Positions 57,368 through 64,000 of a stretch of DNA of 64,000 bases are shown piece after piece; positions within the stretch are counted from its first letter, which is position 1; each line of letters opens with the position of its first letter. The stretch spans positions 704,001 to 768,000 of the forward strand of contig CAVXRD010000002.1 in NCBI GenBank assembly GCA_963764165.1, in the 5' to 3' direction. Below the pieces are notes generated by a model that searched no databases, was not told the origin of the DNA, and was given only the letters and a program-made list of their open reading frames with translations. The translations under genes and the position numbers were made by a program. Origin of the DNA: an uncultured Verrucomicrobiae bacterium (GTDB lineage: Bacteria > Verrucomicrobiota > Verrucomicrobiia > Limisphaerales > Palsa-1400).

Positions 57368-58903
57368 ATGAGAACCAACGTGGCCCGCAAAAGCGCTTCT
57401 TCCGATTTCAAACACGCAAATTTAACCGATAACAAAGCAGACTTTAAGAGACGCCGCCAAGTGTCTGCACAGCGAGCGAGGATAATTCTGCTTTTTCTGG
57501 GGATGCTTGTTCCCGGCCTGCGCGTGTTCGCAGGCGTGCCGGTGATGACGAGCGGTGGAAACACAAACCAGACGATTCTTGATTCCTGGTCGTTTGCCGA
57601 CACGACTTACTGGACAACTGACCAGGGATTTTCTCCCATTTCCTTCACTAATATCGCCGTTTCCTACGCGGGGCCGGGCAATTCCCTCTTGGTCGATTCG
57701 AGCAATGTGGCATCGCTTAGATATAATCTCGTTGAAACTTCGGGGGCCACAAATCTGCAAATTGAAAGCGAAGGCAGTTTCATGTTCTGGTTTTTCCCGG
57801 ATTGGGCCAGCACCAGCAACACGAATATGACCGGCTACGGCCCCGGTGTTGCCGGTCGATTGATTGAAGTGGGCGCAACCAACAGCCCGGCAGGTTGGTG
57901 GAGCTTCTTCATGGATGAAGGCGGGAACAATTTGTATTTCTCGGCCCAGGACGGCGCGGGCAATTTCACCAACTATCTTGCGGGGCCGATCTCGTTTTCC
58001 AGCAACACATGGCATCTGGTGGCGCTCTCGTGGACGAGCACCAACTCATCGCTTTACGTGGATGGCCAATGGGTCACCAATGGGACTGGTTTGAGCGTGT
58101 TGCCTCCTGCGGGTGCGCTCACCAATGGTTTTACGATTGGGAGCGATCTGGCCACTGGCACCAAGCAGATGCACGGGGCCATGAATGATCTCATCACCTT
58201 TAATTACGCCATTGAAACAAACCAGGTCGAAACGGAGTGGGTGCTTGGGGGCGCTTTTTACGGGATGAACCCGAACCTGATCGGAAATTTGACCAACGCA
58301 CCCTCCAACCCCACGATGGCGGTCGGATTTTACGATGTGGTGGGCGGCTCCGGATATTTGAACGTCGTTGGGACCGAATTCTCCAGTTGCACCAACGGTC
58401 CTGCCGTGGAGATTGTTTTCCCCGAGGTCTGGGGTGTGCCCGGCTCCAACAACATGAGCTTTATGATCGAAGGCGGGAATCCTTCGTGGCTGTATGACGT
58501 CTTTGCGATAGGCTCCCTGCCCAATCCCAAGACCAATGGCACTTGGACGTGGATGGGCCAGGCCTATCCGTGCTACACCAACGTCATTTATGGATTCACC
58601 AACCAGTCCATTTATCTGATTCTCGGCACGCCCCAAGATTCTGATGGTGATGGGCTTACAGATGCCTATAAATTGCTGGTATCGCATAGCAGCACGAATC
58701 AATTCGACACCCTCAACGACGGCATACCGGATGCCTGGAAAGTGCTCAACCGGCTGTGCACCACGAATCCTGGCACATGGGCGAATGACCCTGATGGCGA
58801 CGGGCTCGTGAATCTGCAAGAATATCTTTACGGCACCAATCCCAAAGTGAGCGAAGGCTTTGAGATATGGACTTCCGAGCCCACCGCTTCGGGAATCCCC
58901 TGA
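57368..58903 (+). CDS. Secreted LamG/concanavalin-like jellyroll protein with DxDGDG Ca-binding repeats
   Basis: Hydrophobic segment IILLFLGMLVPGLRVFA; WHLVALSW...LYVDG and TIGSD...G.MNDL.TFNYA; DSDGDGLTD and DPDGDGLVNLQEYLYGTNP. Start uncertain. Confidence 0.8.
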   Translation: MRTNVARKSASSDFKHANLTDNKADFKRRRQVSAQRARIILLFLGMLVPGLRVFAGVPVMTSGGNTNQTILDSWSFADTTYWTTDQGFSPISFTNIAVSYAGPGNSLLVDSSNVASLRYNLVETSGATNLQIESEGSFMFWFFPDWASTSNTNMTGYGPGVAGRLIEVGATNSPAGWWSFFMDEGGNNLYFSAQDGAGNFTNYLAGPISFSSNTWHLVALSWTSTNSSLYVDGQWVTNGTGLSVLPPAGALTNGFTIGSDLATGTKQMHGAMNDLITFNYAIETNQVETEWVLGGAFYGMNPNLIGNLTNAPSNPTMAVGFYDVVGGSGYLNVVGTEFSSCTNGPAVEIVFPEVWGVPGSNNMSFMIEGGNPSWLYDVFAIGSLPNPKTNGTWTWMGQAYPCYTNVIYGFTNQSIYLILGTPQDSDGDGLTDAYKLLVSHSSTNQFDTLNDGIPDAWKVLNRLCTTNPGTWANDPDGDGLVNLQEYLYGTNPKVSEGFEIWTSEPTASGIP

Positions 58904-58925
58904 GACTAACCACGCTCCAAACAAC

Positions 58926-61900
58926 ATGAAGGCAACGAAAGCGAAATTGGCGTCATTGATTTTGGTCATCTTTGCGATGCTGATGGGGCTGCATTCGCAG
59001 CGCGCCTTTGCGGGCGCCTGCACGTGCGCCCGGTTTAACAGCAGCAAGGATTTTGGCTGCCGCCGTTCGGCGGGCGATACAGGCGCGCGGCCGTCTGGAG
59101 TCAGCGGCAATGGTGGAAACAATTGCGTCTGCTCGAATTGCACCGGAATGCCGCGCTGGAGCGTGAGTGAGCCTTACCTTAATCTCCACGTTGGGGACGA
59201 GCCGCTGAGCTACATGACTTCATCAGGGCAAAAACTGGCTTTCCGCTGGAACCTTGTGCAGCCCACGGGCGAGGGCTACTCGCTTCCGCTGGTGGATCAA
59301 GTGCCGGATCTCGCCTCGTCGTGGCCAAGTTGGCCATCCGCCTACTTCGGCTGCAATGTGCGTCTCAACAACGAGCTTATTCCTCCGTTTTACGAATCCT
59401 ATGCGGCGGCGGATTACCTGAATGATGTGTATTCCAGCGTCGTTTGGTATCCAAGCCCGGTCTGGACTCACAATTTCATGTCGGAAATCATCTTTTGGGA
59501 CAGCAACTGGGAGACGAACAACACGACAAACGCCGTATTCCAGAACGGCTATCAAGCCCTGGCTTTGGACCCTTCAGGAGGGTGTTATTATTTCACCAAG
59601 AACGTGACAAACCAAACCCTCAATCCCGCCACGCTTCTGACGAATGCCCAAACCGGAATCATTTTGCAGCCGTTATCCAGCAACGGCTATCCGACCGCTA
59701 CAACGAACGCGGAATGGTCGGGAGTTGCCTGGGGAAATTCCAGCAATGGGTTTCAATTGGTTTATCCTGATGGCAGCAAAGATGTCTACGGATTGGCGTT
59801 CTATGCACCCGGCTTGCTTGAACTCAGCTTCCCTAGCGGTAATTATGTCAAGTCTTCCAACTCGACGGCTTATGCCCTGTTGACGCAAAAGGTCGATCCG
59901 GCTGGAAGAGTGACTCAAATCGGATACGAGTACACGAATGTTCTTGCAATATGGCCTCATACGAACTCCTTCAACACGTTTCGTGTCCGCTATGTTATCG
60001 ATTCAGACGGCCGGACCAATTCGTTCGTATATCAGACCAATGGCGCCGTCTATCCGTGGCAGGTGTCAGAGGTTAATGATCCATTCGGCAGAAAGGCCAC
60101 GTTCACCTATGGATCTGCTGGGGGGGGGGACGGCGAGTTACCGGAATGGGATGTTCCCGGACAGCTCTATAGCATCACTGACACAGAGGGGATAAGCAAT
60201 TCTTTTAATTACAACGGTGTTGGCGATGGAGTCGAGGAGCTGAGTTCCATCACCACGCCATATGGGATGACCACGTTTAAGTATGCCTTCCAAACCGAAG
60301 GCGACACCACGGAAGGATACTCGATGCGGGCCATTTATGTTTCCGAGCCTGAAGGGGCAAATCAACTCTACGCCTACATTCACACGAATAATGTTGAAAG
60401 CAGCGCTGTCGCGCCCGCCGTTGCGGGCTGGGATTTTGACAATGGGGCTTCGACAAATGGAGGTGCGGATGTTGGCCTCTTCCACCGCAACAGTTTTTAT
60501 TGGGGACGCAGCCAGGCGCCCAATCTTTCTGTCTACGGTGAGCTGGGGACAAATCTTGCGGCGGCCATTGGGAATTTGACGGCCAGTGATTTGAAAATCG
60601 GACGGATGCGCCACTGGCTGCTCGACACCGACGGCATTTCCATCACGGAAGCCCTTTCCAGCGAGCGCGATCCGTCGCCTGATTCAGCGGGGTCGATTGA
60701 GGGCCAGCGAACTTGGTTCGCATACACCAACACTGGCCCTGCCGACGTGTTTACATCACCAAACATCGGATGCATCGCCCAAACGCTTCCCGATGGAACC
60801 AGCCAGTATACGCGGTACTCCTATTATCCGTCGGGCCTCGTGGGCACCAACGAACAAAGCTGCGCTTTTCCGGACGGCTCGATTGGCGAACTGGCCACCT
60901 CGTTCTACTACAATAACGGCAATAATGTTGATCTCACCGAAGTCGCCAATTCGATTGGCCAGTCTGTCAATGTCGTCTACAACACGAGGCACGAGCCGCT
61001 CCATATAACAAACGCGCTGGGATATGTCACAACGCTGGCTTGGGATAGTTCGTCCGGCAACCTGACCAGCGTTGTGCTGCCCACCGGCCAGTCAATTTCG
61101 CTAACTTACTATCCGTCGAATACGGGTGGTGTCATTACGAACACCAATTCGTTCTTGGAAAGTGTGACAGTCCAGCCCGAGAATCGCGTCACCACGATTA
61201 CGGACTACACCAATGCCCTGCCGCGCATCATCCATGCCACGGGCACCGCCGTGCCGGATTTGTGGATCACGAATATGTGGGACGGCTTGAGCCGGCTCGT
61301 CTGGGCGGGTTTTCAGGACGGCACCTCCATCTCGAACATCTACACCATTCTGGACTTGGGCGCTCATAAGGATCGTGTCAACAATTGGACAACCTTTGAT
61401 TATGATGGATTGGAGCATTTGATCGCGGTAACCAACGCATTGGGGAATGCGACGCGCTATGGTTGGTGCTCCTGTGGTTCATTGACCTCGATTACCAACG
61501 CCCTGGGCTACGTCACGCATCTCAATCGAGACAACCAGGACCGGCTAATAAGCGTGGTCTTTCCAGACACTTCAAGCCTCACCAACCAGTATGATCTAAC
61601 CGGAAGACTAACAAACCAATTGGATGGCCTCGGGAACTGGCGCCGGTACATGTATAATATCCAGGATCAGGTCGTTCAAGTCCAAAATTCGGCCGGCCAG
61701 ATATATGGAGCGGCCTATGACCCCGCCGGACGGGTTGTGCTCGCGACGAATGCCAATGGAGTGGTCGTCAGCAACAGCTTTGATTTGCTGAATCGCCTCA
61801 CGGAGCGTCGGTGGCTTGCTGGATCGAACATTTACTTTCTCTATAGTTCCAACGGTCTTATCGCCTTCACCAATCAAGACGGCCATTGGACTCATTTCGG

Positions 61901-64000
61901 CCGAGACGCCGCAGGACACTTGACGGCGCTGACCAACGCGGCGCAAACCGAGTCTTTCACCTACAACGGCCTGGATGAGCTTGCCAGCCTGACGGATGGC
62001 AACGGCCACACCACTTCGTGGACCTACAATCAGTACGGCTGGCTGACCAACAAAGGCACGGCTGCGAATGCCCATTTTGGATCTTACGGTTATGACTCGA
62101 ACGGAAGAATGACCAGCCGCTCGCAGGGCGGCGCGAACACCAGCATAACCTATGACGCGGTCGGCAATAGGACGTGCATCTTTTCGACCGATGGCTACAC
62201 CGACTTCAACGGGTTCACGAATTTGTATTACTACGACGCCGTCCATGAGCTGACCAACATGGTTGATGCATCCGGCACGACTGCCTTTACGTGGACAGCT
62301 ATGGGGCACTTGGCCAGCGAGTCTTCGCCTTGGGGAAGCGGGACCATGACCTACGGCTATAATCAGGGCCACCGCACCAATTTGTCGCTCTCTCAGCCCT
62401 CCGGATCGTGGTCGCAAAGTTACAGCTATGACAGTTCATGGCGAATGACCGGCATCGCCTCGCCTGCGGGCAGCTTCGGTTACAGTTATCCCGCGGGTGC
62501 CAATCAATATCAAGTCGGCGGCATATCCTTGCCCAATGGCGCGTCCATTGCGAACAGTTACGACAACCTCAGCCGCCTGACCAGCACTGCTCTGGCCGAC
62601 CATTGGGGCCATGTGCTGGATGGTTACGCCTACGGCTTGGACACGATGGGTTTGCGCACCAACATGACCCGGCAATTGGGCATGGCCACCAACAGCGTGA
62701 CCATCGGCTACGACGGGATTTCCGAATTGACCAGTTGGGCCGGCAAGGAGAGCAGCGGCCAGCCCCGGTTGAACGAGCAACTCCATTATGGCTACGACGC
62801 GGCGGGAAACATGCTCTATCGAAGCAACAATTGGACTTATTTGTCCATTGGCGGCTACAACAATATCAATGAGCCAAGCAATTACGCCGTTTATGGCAGC
62901 TTTACCGCCACTGGATCCCTGAGCGCGCCCGCCACCAATGTCACCGTCAATGGTTATGCCGCCGAGATTTACTCCGATCTGACCTTTGCCAACACCAATG
63001 TTGCCGTTGACTATGGCTACCCGATTTATTTCACCAATGTAGCCCAAAACATCTACGGCAGCAAAACGACCAATCAATACGACGTCAATTGGGTCACGGC
63101 GTTTGGTTACAATCCGGATGGCTCCACTGAAGGCGCGGGCGGAACGGAATTATTCTATGATTCGCTGGGCCGCGCGACCGACATCTCGGCTTACAGCGGA
63201 CCGACCTTGATCGATAATCGATTGACCCTGGACGGGCTGGGCCGCCTTCGGAGCGTTCAGCAATGGCAATTGGTCTATGAGGGGCCAGATGAGGGCAACA
63301 CGTGGGTCTACAGCAACGAAGTCCGCTACATCTATGACGGAATGACCGTGGTGCAGGAGCGGGATTCCAACAACGTGCCGCTGGTCACCTACACGCGCGG
63401 CCTGGACATGAGCGAAAGCCTGCAAGGCGCCGGCGGCATAGGAGGATTGCTGGCCCGGACTGACAGCAACGGCCCTGCCTTCTATCACGCCGACGGCAAC
63501 GGCAACATTACCGCGCTCATGGACAGCTACCAGCGCATCGCGGCCCGCTACGAGTATGACCCGTATGGACGGCTGCTGGGCAAATGGGGCCGCCTGGCGG
63601 ACGCCAACACCTACCGGTTTTCGAGCAAAGAGTATTTTCCAAACACCGGCTTATATAACTTTGGCTTCCGGTTTTACATGCCAGAAATGGCGCGCTGGCT
63701 GAATCGCGATCCGATTCAGGAAGCGGGAGGAGTTAATCTTTACGGCTTCGTGGGAAACAACCCGGTGAACGTAGTTGACCCGTATGGCTTGGACTTCTGG
63801 CAAAGCCAGTATTCCGTAGTTTATCAAGGGCCGCCTATTTCCAGCTACTCGGGTAGCGACTTTGCTGACGCTATTGACGACGTGACGAGCGCCGCAGTTC
63901 AAAGTTCGGAAAGCACCAGCACCACCGGGAACTTCATGGCGTATATGACCCAATCAGTAGCTTCCGGGCTGGCTGATATGCTCCGGTTGGGACAGGGAAC
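58926..64000 (+). CDS. RHS/YD-repeat polymorphic toxin with Sec signal peptide (3' truncated; absent from ORF track)
   Basis: MKATKAKLASLILVIFAMLMGLHSQRAFA; many YDxxGR-type repeats; core YHADGNGN, RYEYDPYG, GFRFY...RWLNRDPI and PVNVVDPYGL (63762-63791). Same frame at all points checked; not every codon was checked. Confidence 0.9.
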   Translation, partial: MKATKAKLASLILVIFAMLMGLHSQRAFAGACTCARFNSSKDFGCRRSAGDTGARPSGVSGNGGNNCVCSNCTGMPRWSVSEPYLNLHVGDEPLSYMTSSGQKLAFRWNLVQPTGEGYSLPLVDQVPDLASSWPSWPSAYFGCNVRLNNELIPPFYESYAAADYLNDVYSSVVWYPSPVWTHNFMSEIIFWDSNWETNNTTNAVFQNGYQALALDPSGGCYYFTKNVTNQTLNPATLLTNAQTGIILQPLSSNGYPTATTNAEWSGVAWGNSSNGFQLVYPDGSKDVYGLAFYAPGLLELSFPSGNYVKSSNSTAYALLTQKVDPAGRVTQIGYEYTNVLAIWPHTNSFNTFRVRYVIDSDGRTNSFVYQTNGAVYPWQVSEVNDPFGRKATFTYGSAGGGDGELPEWDVPGQLYSITDTEGISNSFNYNGVGDGVEELSSITTPYGMTTFKYAFQTEGDTTEGYSMRAIYVSEPEGANQLYAYIHTNNVESSAVAPAVAGWDFDNGASTNGGADVGLFHRNSFYWGRSQAPNLSVYGELGTNLAAAIGNLTASDLKIGRMRHWLLDTDGISITEALSSERDPSPDSAGSIEGQRTWFAYTNTGPADVFTSPNIGCIAQTLPDGTSQYTRYSYYPSGLVGTNEQSCAFPDGSIGELATSFYYNNGNNVDLTEVANSIGQSVNVVYNTRHEPLHITNALGYVTTLAWDSSSGNLTSVVLPTGQSISLTYYPSNTGGVITNTNSFLESVTVQPENRVTTITDYTNALPRIIHATGTAVPDLWITNMWDGLSRLVWAGFQDGTSISNIYTILDLGAHKDRVNNWTTFDYDGLEHLIAVTNALGNATRYGWCSCGSLTSITNALGYVTHLNRDNQDRLISVVFPDTSSLTNQYDLTGRLTNQLDGLGNWRRYMYNIQDQVVQVQNSAGQIYGAAYDPAGRVVLATNANGVVVSNSFDLLNRLTERRWLAGSNIYFLYSSNGLIAFTNQDGHWTHFGRDAAGHLTALTNAAQTESFTYNGLDELASLTDGNGHTTSWTYNQYGWLTNKGTAANAHFGSYGYDSNGRMTSRSQGGANTSITYDAVGNRTCIFSTDGYTDFNGFTNLYYYDAVHELTNMVDASGTTAFTWTAMGHLASESSPWGSGTMTYGYNQGHRTNLSLSQPSGSWSQSYSYDSSWRMTGIASPAGSFGYSYPAGANQYQVGGISLPNGASIANSYDNLSRLTSTALADHWGHVLDGYAYGLDTMGLRTNMTRQLGMATNSVTIGYDGISELTSWAGKESSGQPRLNEQLHYGYDAAGNMLYRSNNWTYLSIGGYNNINEPSNYAVYGSFTATGSLSAPATNVTVNGYAAEIYSDLTFANTNVAVDYGYPIYFTNVAQNIYGSKTTNQYDVNWVTAFGYNPDGSTEGAGGTELFYDSLGRATDISAYSGPTLIDNRLTLDGLGRLRSVQQWQLVYEGPDEGNTWVYSNEVRYIYDGMTVVQERDSNNVPLVTYTRGLDMSESLQGAGGIGGLLARTDSNGPAFYHADGNGNITALMDSYQRIAARYEYDPYGRLLGKWGRLADANTYRFSSKEYFPNTGLYNFGFRFYMPEMARWLNRDPIQEAGGVNLYGFVGNNPVNVVDPYGLDFWQSQYSVVYQGPPISSYSGSDFADAIDDVTSAAVQSSESTSTTGNFMAYMTQSVASGLADMLRLGQG

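Noticed and set aside
56745..57415. Short ORFs in the repeat region (56745-57086, 56872-57129, 56906-57415)
   Set aside because: They translate DNA repeats and show no recognisable protein motifs.
59422..63953. Many short ORFs on both strands in the last 5 kb
   Set aside because: They are shadows of the single RHS frame that starts at 58926 and runs off the window.
1..64000. tRNA, rRNA, integrase or autonomous transposase genes
   Set aside because: None recognised; all mobile elements seen are non-autonomous.

Overview
GC-rich bacterial window, most likely Verrucomicrobiota (inferred from H-X9-DG prepilin-like genes and secreted proteins with a shared 'STNL..W..FYR' C-terminus). The left part holds the 3' end of an flhF-like gene, two prepilin-like genes each beside a secreted protein, argG, a GxxExxY gene bracketed by two related palindromes, tatD, a cluster of miniature inverted-repeat elements, a decayed vapBC pair and an esterase-kynU pair. 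About 13.9-56.5 kb is a large, convergently arranged Wzx/Wzy-type polysaccharide locus (glf, wzx, outer-membrane barrel, glycosyltransferases, two ligase/polymerase-like genes, two AT3 acyltransferases, wzc, short wza, priming GT, fcl). It is interrupted by a ~2,700-aa PQQ-propeller/PA14/diheme protein and a beta-propeller surface protein. At its centre is the best candidate novel system: a Dlt-like acyl-transfer operon (FkbH-like loader, ACP, DltD/SGNH-like protein, an unannotated 43-aa DltX-like peptide ending IVYGGF, and an MBOAT). A MaoC dehydratase/SDR pair lies nearby, suggesting glyceryl or lactyl modification of the surface polymer. The right end has iteron-like repeats, a LamG/Ca-binding secreted protein and a Sec-signal RHS polymorphic toxin gene that runs off the window. 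All calls come from motif reading by eye; no database searches were run.
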